Below, one piece after another: positions 36,837-46,926 of a stretch of 64,000 nucleotides of DNA. Numbering within the stretch: the first letter of the stretch is position 1; each line of letters opens with the position of its first letter. Source of the DNA: a phage; sequence record PX104378.1. One strand, written 5' to 3'. Both the position numbers and the translations under genes were made by a program. Under the pieces are notes generated by a model. It searched no databases. It was not told where the DNA came from and saw only the letters and a list, made by a program, of their open reading frames with translations.

Positions 36837-37810
36837 TATACGAACTCCAATTCAACCATTAATTGCATTAACAAAAAGACAATGTGAATCTCTTTATCAG
36901 CCGCGTGTGCAAACATCTGATTATTTTCACCGATAATCTCGGTCAGACGAATAATCGACGCTGGCTTAACTTGAGTATACAACTCATTATAAAGTTTCTT
37001 GACAAATTGAGCGTATGTATTGGTATATCGCGGTGCAAGTTTACGCACATTAGCAAACTGTTTAGTTTTAAGTGCTTCCACCACATCAGTTACTTCGGTA
37101 TTGCTACTTTCGATAACCATGCTCAATACGCCAGCATCAATTTTACCATGTTTAGCGTAGCGGTCCAAAAGTTTCATTACGCGTCGGAAGTCTGGGAAGT
37201 TCTGCTTAACCAGTTCCGCTAATACGCGCATTTCTTCTACTGGCACACCTTCTTTATCAAGAATTGCTTTACACCGGACGATCATTTCTTTCATCATGCG
37301 AAGCTGATCATCTTTAGTCGGAGATCCAAACGTGATGGGGTCAAATCGAGATCGTAACGCCGGGATAATACCTTCTAGATCGTTTGCTGTGATGATGAAT
37401 GTCACGTTGTTTGAGTATGCCTCAGAGAAACTACGCAAGTGTCTTTGAGCATCAGCCAGCCCCGCTCGGTCATACTCATCGATAATAACAACTTTGCCTT
37501 TTTCTCGTTTTTCTTCATCAAGTGATACACTCTGCGCAAAGCGTGTAATCTCATCGCGGATAAAATCAATCTTACAATCTGCGCCGTTAACGAACAGATA
37601 ATCAACACCCACATCTTCGCAAAGCGCCTTAGCAACGGTTGTTTTACCAGTACCAGGCGATGGGCTATGCAGAATCATTGAAGGGATTCGGCCTTGCTTA
37701 ACAATCTGCGCGAAGATCTTTTTATCTGCTTCCGGCAGAATACATTCAGAAATTGATTTCGGACGGTATTTCTGTTCCCACTGAAACTCATTTTCATTAA
37801 CACTCAGCAT
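36836..37810 (-). CDS. 44: Clamp loader large subunit gp44 (AAA+)
   Basis: LHSPSPGTGKTTVAKALC Walker A, IIDEYDR, SRF; start set to ATG after GAGAGGTGA (MLSVNENEF...). Confidence 0.9.
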   Translation of the reverse strand: MLSVNENEFQWEQKYRPKSISECILPEADKKIFAQIVKQGRIPSMILHSPSPGTGKTTVAKALCEDVGVDYLFVNGADCKIDFIRDEITRFAQSVSLDEEKREKGKVVIIDEYDRAGLADAQRHLRSFSEAYSNNVTFIITANDLEGIIPALRSRFDPITFGSPTKDDQLRMMKEMIVRCKAILDKEGVPVEEMRVLAELVKQNFPDFRRVMKLLDRYAKHGKIDAGVLSMVIESSNTEVTDVVEALKTKQFANVRKLAPRYTNTYAQFVKKLYNELYTQVKPASIIRLTEIIGENNQMFAHAADKEIHIVFLLMQLMVELEFV

Positions 37811-37837
37811 ATAATCACCTCTCACAAATTACATCAT

Positions 37838-37863
37838 TAAAATGGGGAGTATTTACACTCCCC
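37838..37863 (-). other. Stem-loop in the 45-44 intergenic region
   Basis: Minus-strand GGGGAGT-gtaaat-ACTCCCC followed by ATTTTAAT. Confidence 0.4.
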
Positions 37864-37875
37864 GCAAATATTATA

Positions 37876-38562
37876 TTAGTCGGTGTAGCTGGAGTCAAGG
37901 TCACACGCGATCATATAAGATACGGTTTCACTTGCCAGCCATACAGCCTTACGGCGAGTGAAGCTCAGTTTGTAATCGCCGAAGTCGGTAGCAACCAGTT
38001 TCATGTTATCTTTACGAATAAAGAAATGGAAGTCTGCGGTTCCGGCATATTCGCCCATATCAAGACAAAACATCTCATTAGGATTATTTTTGTCAATCTC
38101 TTCCCAACCTTTGATCATCAGACGACCATCAATCGGAAGAAATTCAAGGCGGTCCACTTTAAGCTGATTGCTCATTTTCATAAGCTGTTTCAGATCGTCG
38201 TTGCTCAGTTCGTAATCTACATCGCTTGCAGGTGGAGTAACTCGGCCTTTCGGTGATACGATAGCGGCAGCACTAGCACCAGGATAATTAATTTTCAGAC
38301 GATCGTTAGACACACGAATGTTTCCGGTGCGGTCATCAACCGTAATATCTGCTTCATCACCTACCAGATTCAGAATACCCAGGAAAGAGTTAAGATCATA
38401 GATCCCGATTTCGTGTTCCAGTTCTTGATTCAGAGTCGCTTCACCATATACAACGTTTGTCATGTTTTTGGTGATCAGGACGTTTCCTTTTTTCAGGATG
38501 ATACCTGGGTTAATAGCGGAAAAATTTTTCAGAGTTGCAATAGTTTCTTTAGTCAGTTTCAT
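37876..38562 (-). CDS. 45: Sliding clamp gp45
   Basis: MKLTKETIATLKNFSAINPGI matches T4 gp45 N-terminus; track's first codon is TTG, so start set to the following ATG. Confidence 0.9.
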   Translation of the reverse strand: MKLTKETIATLKNFSAINPGIILKKGNVLITKNMTNVVYGEATLNQELEHEIGIYDLNSFLGILNLVGDEADITVDDRTGNIRVSNDRLKINYPGASAAAIVSPKGRVTPPASDVDYELSNDDLKQLMKMSNQLKVDRLEFLPIDGRLMIKGWEEIDKNNPNEMFCLDMGEYAGTADFHFFIRKDNMKLVATDFGDYKLSFTRRKAVWLASETVSYMIACDLDSSYTD

Positions 38563-38592
38563 CAAATCACCTTTATCATGTTAATCAATTAA

Positions 38593-38991
38593 TTACGGGT
38601 TTACTTCGTGTTCGTTACGAATCTTGAGCATTTTGTTTTGGAAGTTTTCCGCAGCTTTCTCATCAATAGTATGAGTATATCTGAATCCAATGTATGCTGT
38701 CAAGTATTGTTGCAGAGCATAGACAGTAACAGGATTCTTTGCGGTCTTCTTGCCTTCGAGATATACCAGATCACCGCAAGGTTCAAAAGCAAGTTTACGA
38801 CGAATCACATTATCAACAAACTCATCAACAACAAAATGCCAAATGTTGCTATCGGTTCCAATATCAAAATTAACCACACTGCCACGTTTGACATAATCAA
38901 ACGGTATCGGGAATAGTTTATAGTCAAGTTCGATAAACATTAATTGTTCTTTTAAGCTCATACGTTTCATTCTATCACTTCCCACCAGCAA
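38593..38991 (-). CDS. Hypothetical protein (position of T4 rpbA)
   Basis: 132-aa ORF immediately upstream of 45; start uncertain. Confidence 0.45.
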   Translation of the reverse strand: MLVGSDRMKRMSLKEQLMFIELDYKLFPIPFDYVKRGSVVNFDIGTDSNIWHFVVDEFVDNVIRRKLAFEPCGDLVYLEGKKTAKNPVTVYALQQYLTAYIGFRYTHTIDEKAAENFQNKMLKIRNEHEVNP

Positions 38992-39367
38992 TTGCGATCA
39001 GACGAGTTACTACTACGCTAGCGGCTTCAATCAGCAGTTCATCAGTGTCAATCTGATAACCCTTTTCGAGAATATCTTTACCTCGAATAGTTTTAGCGCC
39101 TTTAGCAATTGAATCATCGTAATACTTGCGCATTGCCGCGATCCATTCTTTTTGCACCATATCATCAATATGTGCGTACAGTTCAAAGCGTGCTTGCTGC
39201 GGGATAACCTTCATTTTAGCTTTCTCACTTTCCGGCATTTGTAGTACCCACGCTTTACGGATCTTGTTCATTGCTCGGTCAAATTCGAGGCTGGTTTTCT
39301 TGTTCTGAATGTCTGCTACAGTAATTTTAGCCAGGTTTGCGGAATTAGTCATAATATTAATCTCCAA
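38975..39367 (-). CDS. Hypothetical protein
   Basis: 130-aa ORF between 46 and 45. Confidence 0.5.
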   Translation of the reverse strand: MEINIMTNSANLAKITVADIQNKKTSLEFDRAMNKIRKAWVLQMPESEKAKMKVIPQQARFELYAHIDDMVQKEWIAAMRKYYDDSIAKGAKTIRGKDILEKGYQIDTDELLIEAASVVVTRLIAIAGGK

Positions 39368-39382
39368 AATAAAATCAGTATA

Positions 39383-39613
39383 TCACGTTCTAAAGTTTGT
39401 TGCAACCCCAGCATCAGGGTAATCAAGTTTATCAAAGTTGGGGACCAGCATGAACTCATGATGGCGACAAGACAACATTTTTGTTATGTCTTCATCGCTG
39501 TATATGCTGTTTTTCATATCCCCCATACTAACTACATATTCTTCACCGGAATATAGATTGATTAATGTATACAATTCTAACTCCGGCTGCGTTACTCTGT
39601 CAAATGTTAACAT
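39383..39613 (-). CDS. Hypothetical protein
   Basis: 76-aa ORF adjacent to 46. Confidence 0.45.
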   Translation of the reverse strand: MLTFDRVTQPELELYTLINLYSGEEYVVSMGDMKNSIYSDEDITKMLSCRHHEFMLVPNFDKLDYPDAGVATNFRT

Positions 39614-41282
39614 TCATTTCAGTGAATCGCCCACGTTTAACCATCTTGAGATGACGGCTAAAATCATCAGGGTTATGGTCACGATGGCTGATAATATACA
39701 CGTTATCATCTAACTTGTCAATGATGGAATCTAGTGCTTTTACGCCTTGAACGTCGGTCGCGCCATCATAGATTTCATCGAGTACCAACAAAGAAATATT
39801 AGTACCAGATACTTTACCAGCAACATCACGCCATGTAAAGAGCATCGCAAGATCAATACGTGCTTTTTCGCCTTGACTGAATGATGTATACGAAAACGAT
39901 TCACGCCCCCGTGATTTTATTGTTTCGTTAAACTCTTCATCTAGCGTAAAGATATAATCCGCTTCCATGATATCAAGATAATACGCAATCCGATCATTGA
40001 AATATGGAATATATTTCTTGACGATAGACGCCTTAACACCGGAATCTTTCAACATTTCTGTTACAAATCCGCGATGATATTTTTCAAGAACTAGCTTTGA
40101 TTTTTCATTGGTAATCTCTACCAGTTCGTGTTCCAGTTTAGCAAGTTCTTCGGAATTGTCAACCCTTTCTTTTTGTAATTCCTGAATTGCTTTCTGGATC
40201 TGTTTGGCACGACCTACAGATGCCGTTAAATTCGCTCTCTGTGACTCTATAGCGCGTTTAATTTCCAAGACCTTAGTTTGTGCTGTCTGGAAAGAATTGG
40301 CTTTCTCTGCGTATTCTACGCGTTTCTCGTCAATAAGAGACAGTTTATGTTCCGCTTGTGCTTTTTGTTCGCGTACAGCCTGATCATTACCCTGAATGAT
40401 CGGTTGTGTGCACGTCGGGCAGACCCCGCCTTTCTCGTGCATATGGATAACACGGTCAAAGTTCTGGATCTGCGCACCAATCTGTGCGATAGCCGTATTA
40501 ATTTTAGCCAATGCCGCGCTAGGATCTTCCGGCATAACAACAGCCAATAGCTCATCGGTCAAGCGCGTCTCTTCGGCTTTAAATGCTTTAGCCGATTCTA
40601 CCTCTTTATCATACATATTCTGTAAACGCTGGAGATTCTCGGCACTCGCCTTGCTAGCGTCTTCTATGTACTTTTTATGAGTGTTGATTTGTTGCTGAAC
40701 GTGATTAGCTTTCATTTCCTGCATTTGGATATTCTGGGTTATCTCGCGCACATACGCTTTATTCAGTTTATCCATTTCGCCTAGCGTAGCAATATCAAGC
40801 AAATCCTCGACCAGTTTACGGCGACCCGCTGCCGGAAGACTCATAAACGGAACATAACCAGCAGTGCCTAAAACAACGATCTGTTTAAAGCTGGCTAGGT
40901 TCATGCCTATGATACCTTCAAAATATTCCTGAAAGTCTTTGGTGCTTGCGCTCTCGTCGATCTTTTGACCGTCGCGATGCACTTCGAATACTTCCGGTTT
41001 TTGACCACGTTTGATATAAAACTCTTTCCCGTCCAGTTCAAACCAGACTTCGACTAACAGTTTCTTTTTGTTGACGCTGTTAATCAATTGGCCTTTCTTG
41101 ATACTACGAAACGGTTTACCGAACAACACAAAGCAAAGCGCCTCGATCATGGTCGATTTACCAGCACCGTTAACACCAGTGATTAGTGTCTTTTTGAATC
41201 CGTCTAGCTGAATCTCAACAGGTTCAGCACCTACGCTCATTATATTTTGATAGCGCAAGGTTTTAAAATTTAACTTTGCCAT
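39600..41282 (-). CDS. 46: Recombination nuclease subunit gp46 (Rad50/SbcC-like)
   Basis: Walker A GVNGAGKST, coiled-coil middle, CPTC zinc hook, signature/Walker B LLVLDEI; start at ATG after GGAGTGGA gives 560 aa, as T4 gp46. Confidence 0.9.
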   Translation of the reverse strand: MAKLNFKTLRYQNIMSVGAEPVEIQLDGFKKTLITGVNGAGKSTMIEALCFVLFGKPFRSIKKGQLINSVNKKKLLVEVWFELDGKEFYIKRGQKPEVFEVHRDGQKIDESASTKDFQEYFEGIIGMNLASFKQIVVLGTAGYVPFMSLPAAGRRKLVEDLLDIATLGEMDKLNKAYVREITQNIQMQEMKANHVQQQINTHKKYIEDASKASAENLQRLQNMYDKEVESAKAFKAEETRLTDELLAVVMPEDPSAALAKINTAIAQIGAQIQNFDRVIHMHEKGGVCPTCTQPIIQGNDQAVREQKAQAEHKLSLIDEKRVEYAEKANSFQTAQTKVLEIKRAIESQRANLTASVGRAKQIQKAIQELQKERVDNSEELAKLEHELVEITNEKSKLVLEKYHRGFVTEMLKDSGVKASIVKKYIPYFNDRIAYYLDIMEADYIFTLDEEFNETIKSRGRESFSYTSFSQGEKARIDLAMLFTWRDVAGKVSGTNISLLVLDEIYDGATDVQGVKALDSIIDKLDDNVYIISHRDHNPDDFSRHLKMVKRGRFTEMNVNI

Positions 41283-41526
41283 TAATCCACTCCGCAATCA
41301 CACATTCCATAATATTAAATGCTAACACATCTTCATCAATGTTGTAAACACTTGCCGCCTTCACTTTAACTAATGTGTCTCTGCGATCTGGCAACATGAT
41401 AACATAATCCAGTGTCGCCGGATCATATGTCATAAAGGGATCAATGTAAATCCCTTTATTCAATGCCAGATATTCGCGAAGACCTTCTATAACCCTGTGT
41501 CTAAGGTAGGTCATCGATAGAATCAT
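41263..41526 (-). CDS. Hypothetical protein
   Basis: 87-aa ORF upstream of 46. Confidence 0.45.
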   Translation of the reverse strand: MILSMTYLRHRVIEGLREYLALNKGIYIDPFMTYDPATLDYVIMLPDRRDTLVKVKAASVYNIDEDVLAFNIMECVIAEWINGKVKF

Positions 41527-42119
41527 TTTAGTTTATGTTCCTCTAAAAATTCTTCAATTTCACCTTGCAGGTCTTCCGCTTGCTGTTCCAGAATATCGCG
41601 AAATTCACCTACAGTCAAGCGGTAATCACATTTCACCAGTCGATGCGGGAGAATATACCCTTTATACATTGTCTCTGACGCTTCCAGGAATACCCCGCTA
41701 TGCATGACAGAGACCCAACCTGTTAGCGTCAATGGGGTATTCGGAAAATAATACTTGCTGGATTGTTTCCACTGGACGAAAGCACCATATACAATCGGAT
41801 TATATTCACCAACCACACTCTTAATAATGGATTCTACTTTGTCTTTTACAAAGTCGCCAATGCCCATAGTCACCATCAACTCTTGTGGGTGAATCACTTT
41901 AAGGTAACGACGGTAGCCGTCATCATACCACAGCTTAACCACTGGCTGACCCCACATTTTAGCAATGCGCGCTTTCAGATAACCATAGATCGGATTCTTG
42001 TAATATGATTGTTTTAGTGTGTATGCGTGCACCAATTCAATAAAATATTCCACTGCTATCGAATCAGGATCAGCCGCGACCATAGTCGTATTCATAATAT
42101 GTTCCTCGTTCAATTTCAT
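41523..42119 (-). CDS. Hypothetical protein
   Basis: 198-aa ORF between 47 and 46. Confidence 0.5.
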   Translation of the reverse strand: MKLNEEHIMNTTMVAADPDSIAVEYFIELVHAYTLKQSYYKNPIYGYLKARIAKMWGQPVVKLWYDDGYRRYLKVIHPQELMVTMGIGDFVKDKVESIIKSVVGEYNPIVYGAFVQWKQSSKYYFPNTPLTLTGWVSVMHSGVFLEASETMYKGYILPHRLVKCDYRLTVGEFRDILEQQAEDLQGEIEEFLEEHKLK

Positions 42120-42387
42120 ATTGTTTCAGGTCTTCTAAAAGTTCATCCACTGCTTGTTTCAGCACATGACGTAGCGTAAAATAATAGCTTTCATCAAATT
42201 CTATTTCCGCGCGAGGAATAGAGCGAAACTTACACTTAACGGTAGTATCAGTGAGTCGCTTTTCGACCATCATCCGAACTTCTTCATGCTCTTTAGAATA
42301 CCATACATCAACGGAGATCCCCTTGCGTCGAGCAAACATAGGCAATGCCGCATTAAATTCCATTACCTTTTGTGCAAGTGTTTTCAT
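42070..42387 (-). CDS. Hypothetical protein
   Basis: 105-aa ORF; start uncertain. Confidence 0.4.
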   Translation of the reverse strand: MKTLAQKVMEFNAALPMFARRKGISVDVWYSKEHEEVRMMVEKRLTDTTVKCKFRSIPRAEIEFDESYYFTLRHVLKQAVDELLEDLKQYEIERGTYYEYDYGRG

Positions 42388-42635
42388 CGTACAGACTCCA
42401 TAGATCCACGGGCAATTACATTCTGGGTAATATCAGCAACCTTACGGGATATGATGTTTGTTAGCCCCTCTTTGGTGATATTTTCACGATCAAATGGGAT
42501 TTCGTCATGAGTCCATAAACCATAGTTAGACCGAAATGATAGCATATACTGACCATCTCGCACAACCTCAAATACATGGATCTTAGTGAATTTCGATAAA
42601 CCTTCGTTGATTTCTTTCAGTGCATTAGTAATCAT
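42384..42635 (-). CDS. Hypothetical protein
   Basis: Track ORF trimmed to ATG after GGAGG (MITNALKEI...); promoter cassette at ~42662-42689. Confidence 0.5.
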   Translation of the reverse strand: MITNALKEINEGLSKFTKIHVFEVVRDGQYMLSFRSNYGLWTHDEIPFDRENITKEGLTNIISRKVADITQNVIARGSMESVR

Positions 42636-42661
42636 AACAACCTCCAATCAATTTTTAGAGA

Positions 42662-42689
42662 GTATAACGGGGATTTCTCCCCGCGTCAA
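42662..42689 (-). promoter_or_regulatory. Early promoter cassette with spacer stem-loop (PeSL-like)
   Basis: TTGACG-c-GGGGAGAAATCCCC-g-TTATAC; just downstream of the gene 47 stop. Confidence 0.5.
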
Positions 42690-43724
42690 CTAACTTTTTG
42701 CGCTATTTACTTCGGCTAAAAGTTCATCAGAAATACGCTTGACCGCCGCAAGTTCATCCGGTTCTAGGTTTTGTTCTTCCAGATATTCGTAAACCATTTG
42801 AATAGTGCTTTTAACCTCAATAACACCAGTTTCCTGTGATGCGCTACTCTCCAGCTTATGGACCACTTTTAGCTTGTGTACAACGGCCTCTAACGCGCTT
42901 TCTAACTTAGTTAACCCATTATCAGCGACCGTTGCGATAAGACGCACACTAAGCCCCTTATAGCGTTCTACATCGATTTTATCATCTGACGGGTAAGTGA
43001 TACGCACATGATAAGTTTTGTCATTCTGGATAAACTCTTTTTTGTGTGTATCGGTATCGAATACCCAAAAACCACGCGGATCGTTTTCGTCACCAGCCGT
43101 TAGTGTGTATGGTGTACCGATATACGTTACGTTACCGCCATCGCTGATAGTATGAAAGTGACCAGAAAACACTTCACGATATTTCTTGAGGAAGTCCGCG
43201 CTATAACCTTCGGATTTTAGCCCTTTATAGAAATAGTAACCAGACAATTCCCAATGGCCTACACAATATTCGCTGAATGAGTTTTGAATAAACTCTAAAA
43301 TCTCTGATTTATTGTCATCACAAAACCACGGGAACAGATCAAATGATACACCATCAAAGGTGACTGTTTCCGGTTTATCAATAACCTTAATGCAATCATA
43401 CTGGCTTAACACTTCACGCGGTGCGTTAGGCTGGATCTTGTTTCGTTTAAACATATCATGATTCCCGACCGTGGTATAACAAGTAATACCAGCCTCTTCC
43501 AGTAGCGGGATAATTTTCGTTCTATTAAAACGCATAGTTGCATGTGTGATTGCTTTTCGGCAATCAAACCAGTCCCCTGTCTGAATCCATGCCTTAATAT
43601 TATGTTTTTTTGAATAATCGACTGCCTTTTTAATAGTATCAAGAATATACTCATGTATCCACGGATCATCGTTGCCGATACCAGTATGCAGATCACCTAA
43701 AAGCAAAATTTTCATATTATACAT
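42690..43724 (-). CDS. 47: Recombination nuclease subunit gp47 (Mre11/SbcD-like)
   Basis: Phosphoesterase motifs (LLLGDLHTG, GDWFD, GNHD, GHFH) and long blocks matching T4 gp47. Confidence 0.9.
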   Translation of the reverse strand: MYNMKILLLGDLHTGIGNDDPWIHEYILDTIKKAVDYSKKHNIKAWIQTGDWFDCRKAITHATMRFNRTKIIPLLEEAGITCYTTVGNHDMFKRNKIQPNAPREVLSQYDCIKVIDKPETVTFDGVSFDLFPWFCDDNKSEILEFIQNSFSEYCVGHWELSGYYFYKGLKSEGYSADFLKKYREVFSGHFHTISDGGNVTYIGTPYTLTAGDENDPRGFWVFDTDTHKKEFIQNDKTYHVRITYPSDDKIDVERYKGLSVRLIATVADNGLTKLESALEAVVHKLKVVHKLESSASQETGVIEVKSTIQMVYEYLEEQNLEPDELAAVKRISDELLAEVNSAKS

Positions 43725-43730
43725 AATCTC

Positions 43731-44285
43731 CTAAAAATTTTTAACACCATATTCACCAAAATAAAGATCAACCGCTTTGTCATAAGCTCTAGCCGCATCT
43801 TCTTCGTTGACATAATACCCAAGAGATATTAGTTTATCATTATTTCGTATTCTTGCAACCCATTTCTTCGTATGTTTATGCCAGCTAACTCCTTTATACT
43901 TGCTTGCTTTATTCTTGTACTTTCCAACGTTACAAGCATTTTTCTTTGCGTCGGACTCTCTAAGATTGCGCGGTGCGTTGTTTAAAGGATTTCGGTCTAT
44001 ATGATCTATAATTTCTGGTTGTGTTCCATGCTCAAGAAACCATACAACACGATGTACATATGGCTTTAAAACCCTCCCATTATCCATAACGATTGCAATT
44101 TGGAGATGATCCTGACTTTTAAAAGTTTTTACTTTATCTCCTGCCTTATAAAACTTTCCTTCGTAATTCTTTCCTCCGGCTCGGCTATTCTTTAAATGAT
44201 AAAGAATACCCTCATCGTCATGTCTATATCTTTCTCTTATAATTCGTTGCGTTTCTTCATCCCACAATTTGGAACGTCTACTCAT
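43731..44285 (-). CDS. HNH homing endonuclease with AP2 DNA-binding domain
   Basis: HNH core HRVVWFLEHG..IDHIDRNPLNNAPRNLR followed by AP2-like YKGVSWHKHTKKWVARI...LGYY..EEDAARAYD. Confidence 0.8.
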   Translation of the reverse strand: MSRRSKLWDEETQRIIRERYRHDDEGILYHLKNSRAGGKNYEGKFYKAGDKVKTFKSQDHLQIAIVMDNGRVLKPYVHRVVWFLEHGTQPEIIDHIDRNPLNNAPRNLRESDAKKNACNVGKYKNKASKYKGVSWHKHTKKWVARIRNNDKLISLGYYVNEEDAARAYDKAVDLYFGEYGVKNF

Positions 44286-44376
44286 AGTCTCTTCCTCTCT
44301 TCGTTTTCGATGCTCTCACTATATCACAGAAAAATAAAAAGGGAAACCCCTTTCAGAGTCTCCCTTATAAAAGCCA

Positions 44377-44664
44377 TTACAGCATACTTAATACCGTTTG
44401 CCGTGTACTAACCCACATAGCAGAAAGCAGTTCTGGCGTGTGTGGCTGTTTGTAGATATCACGCAATTTTCCGATAGCGTAGATATACGCATCACGGTTA
44501 TCATCGATGATAGCTTGTTCAGCCCACCGCTTAAGGCGTGCAATCTCTCGCGAGTTCTTACGCAAGATCTTTTCCGCTTTCTTAGCGGCTTTCGCCTCTA
44601 GTTCTGCTTGTACTTTGTCTACTTCATTCACTACAATCTTGTCATGTTGTTCATCGTAAGTCAT
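44377..44664 (-). CDS. Hypothetical protein
   Basis: 95-aa ORF between 55 and the HNH gene. Confidence 0.5.
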   Translation of the reverse strand: MTYDEQHDKIVVNEVDKVQAELEAKAAKKAEKILRKNSREIARLKRWAEQAIIDDNRDAYIYAIGKLRDIYKQPHTPELLSAMWVSTRQTVLSML

Positions 44665-44665
44665 A

Positions 44666-44899
44666 TTATTTTCCTTCTGGGATATAGTCGATGATTAAAG
44701 AAAACTCATCTTCTGATACATTATAGCTATGTGAGATTGTACCCGTCAAGACCTCAAGATCCGGTGATTTGATATTGCACGGATCGATAATCACCGGAAC
44801 GCCGCAATCTCTCAAAAATAATTTGGCGAAATACGGCACAAGGTCAGTTTCAAACTCTGCTTCTTCCAGCAAACGGGAAATGTTAATTTTCAATCTCAT
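44666..44899 (-). CDS. Hypothetical protein
   Basis: 77-aa ORF immediately downstream of 55. Confidence 0.5.
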   Translation of the reverse strand: MRLKINISRLLEEAEFETDLVPYFAKLFLRDCGVPVIIDPCNIKSPDLEVLTGTISHSYNVSEDEFSLIIDYIPEGK

Positions 44900-45416
44900 A
44901 AAATTGGTCCAGGCTAGGCAATTCCTCGGTCAATACATCTTCAACCTTTGGCGCTTTCGGTTTATTGACCGATTCCTCGTAGTTGTTGATCTTATCGTAA
45001 ATGTCCTGTATGAATGCCTCATCAGCAATCTGGCACATATCAGCGTCGCGTTCGTCATATACATGATGCACAAAATATTTGTATTTTGCGGCTGTCGCTG
45101 TTCTCTCTTTTTTAATGCGCTGTACAAAAGCATTAAAGCACGCTTGCGTGATGTAAGCATGAGGATTTTTATACTTTGTCTCGTCAAAATTAATCAAACC
45201 CTTGACCGCCGCTTCGATTCCATCGTCGATCATTTCTTCGCGCCATGTTTGACTATAGCCAGAAAAGTTAAAACGCCGTGATAGATTTTTAGAGATTTGC
45301 ATAATTGCTAGGCCGATTTGGTTGCTCATAGGCACTTGTCGACCTTCGGCTGCAATTCGTTGTTTCCAACGACAAATTTCTTCGTAAAGCTCTTTATTGT
45401 TTACATAATCAGACAC
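44883..45416 (-). CDS. 55: Late sigma factor gp55
   Basis: YVNNKEL; [61 protein letters not shown] near-identical to T4 gp55. Confidence 0.95.
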   Translation of the reverse strand: MSDYVNNKELYEEICRWKQRIAAEGRQVPMSNQIGLAIMQISKNLSRRFNFSGYSQTWREEMIDDGIEAAVKGLINFDETKYKNPHAYITQACFNAFVQRIKKERTATAAKYKYFVHHVYDERDADMCQIADEAFIQDIYDKINNYEESVNKPKAPKVEDVLTEELPSLDQFYEIEN

Positions 45417-45456
45417 TTCGCACCCTCGCTATTATTTAGGAAATAACCCTTTCGGG

Positions 45457-46926
45457 CTATTCCCCATTGCCATTATACTTTCTTTGCTTAGTTATCCACA
45501 CTCTAACCATCTCTACTGATTCACCGTCAGACGGATCAAGAGTTTTTCCTTTTTTCTTCATGCGGTACTTAAATCCGTTAAATCTTGCATTCTCTTGCTC
45601 GTTAAAGTCGAACATCTTTTTAAATGATTTTCGCCCTTTACGCTCACCACATTCTAGCGGAATCATTCGGTCTGTTATTACATTGGCATTAGGTAGAAAC
45701 GTTTTTAGATAATCTACCAACGCCCAATCAGGAACATATAGATTAACATTCTCCTTGCTCTCGTTGTCTCTCAGGTTACAACGCAAACATAATTGAAATG
45801 CTGGTTCCAGATAATCAGACACATGACGCGCTTTCAAAAACTCATTTGTCGGGAGATCACAACTATTAGCAAGACCTTTTAAAATATCAATCTCCCATCG
45901 TTGAGGGTTAAAGCTGAACATCACCGCAACATTTTTATGATGAATGTAAGAGTTAAGACCATAAGACCCGTAAGGTATCCGCTCACCAATACCATTTGTA
46001 CACGCTTCACGGTCCCGATTCACGGTATAAATGAAGTCATCACCACATTCATTTTTAACCATATCAACAAGACGTTCAAAGGTATTGTTTGTTTCTGACT
46101 GGTGACGCGACCAGCGTTCGGAGTCCGTCATAAGGATGATATTAACTCTATCTGTATTTTTATACTCTTTGAAATATAGTCTGGATTCTAGCGCACTCGG
46201 AACAAAATCGCAATTTGCATAGTATCGTAGATACTTCCCGCTATATGTATCAAAGAGATTTGCACATGCTATCGTAACCTTTTTAAAGTCTCCCCACGTA
46301 CCGTGTTTGTTATCGTTCAAGAAAACAATTTTCGACCCATTCTTCCGGTGTCCTTCGTTATGTTTTACCATAACGTTGATTTTCTTCTCTAATAACGCCT
46401 CATAAAGCCCTCTAAGAGAAGAATCGATCATATCAGTACCATCCTTTGCACTTTCTATCTTTTCTTTGATAGCGGCCTTCTCAGAGTCTTTTAGAACTAG
46501 GTTCTGTAGGCATTCCGATTCGTCGGCGATTGGTTCGCAATGCTTCGTGATAAGTTCAAGATTAGACTTAAACGGATACTCATTAAATTCAACCAGTTGA
46601 GGAACTTCATCAATGTAAAGAGCATATTCACTAAACATTTTTGAACGCTCCATATTAGATAACGCTGTATGTGTGATGAATATCACATCAGCACCATCTT
46701 TAACTGATTGCATTATCGACGCTTGCACTGTCTTAAGGCTTCTTAGTCTGGTGCTATCAATCAAGACAGCACGACCGCCCATTCTTTTAAACTTATTGTA
46801 AGATTGTTCACTTAAAACACGAGATGGCGAAGCAATAACCGCTTTTTCTTTTGTCTCTAGGACGTGGGAAAGTATAGCATCAGTTTTCCCCGCCGCTGGC
46901 AATGCGATTAATGTTTCAATCTTCAT
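45457..46926 (-). CDS. P-loop NTPase of unknown function
   Basis: 489 aa; N-terminal Walker A-like ALPAAGKTD, SF2 motif-Ia-like ASPSRVL, Walker B-like LYIDEV; large C-terminal region without recognised motifs. Confidence 0.6.
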   Translation of the reverse strand: MKIETLIALPAAGKTDAILSHVLETKEKAVIASPSRVLSEQSYNKFKRMGGRAVLIDSTRLRSLKTVQASIMQSVKDGADVIFITHTALSNMERSKMFSEYALYIDEVPQLVEFNEYPFKSNLELITKHCEPIADESECLQNLVLKDSEKAAIKEKIESAKDGTDMIDSSLRGLYEALLEKKINVMVKHNEGHRKNGSKIVFLNDNKHGTWGDFKKVTIACANLFDTYSGKYLRYYANCDFVPSALESRLYFKEYKNTDRVNIILMTDSERWSRHQSETNNTFERLVDMVKNECGDDFIYTVNRDREACTNGIGERIPYGSYGLNSYIHHKNVAVMFSFNPQRWEIDILKGLANSCDLPTNEFLKARHVSDYLEPAFQLCLRCNLRDNESKENVNLYVPDWALVDYLKTFLPNANVITDRMIPLECGERKGRKSFKKMFDFNEQENARFNGFKYRMKKKGKTLDPSDGESVEMVRVWITKQRKYNGNGE

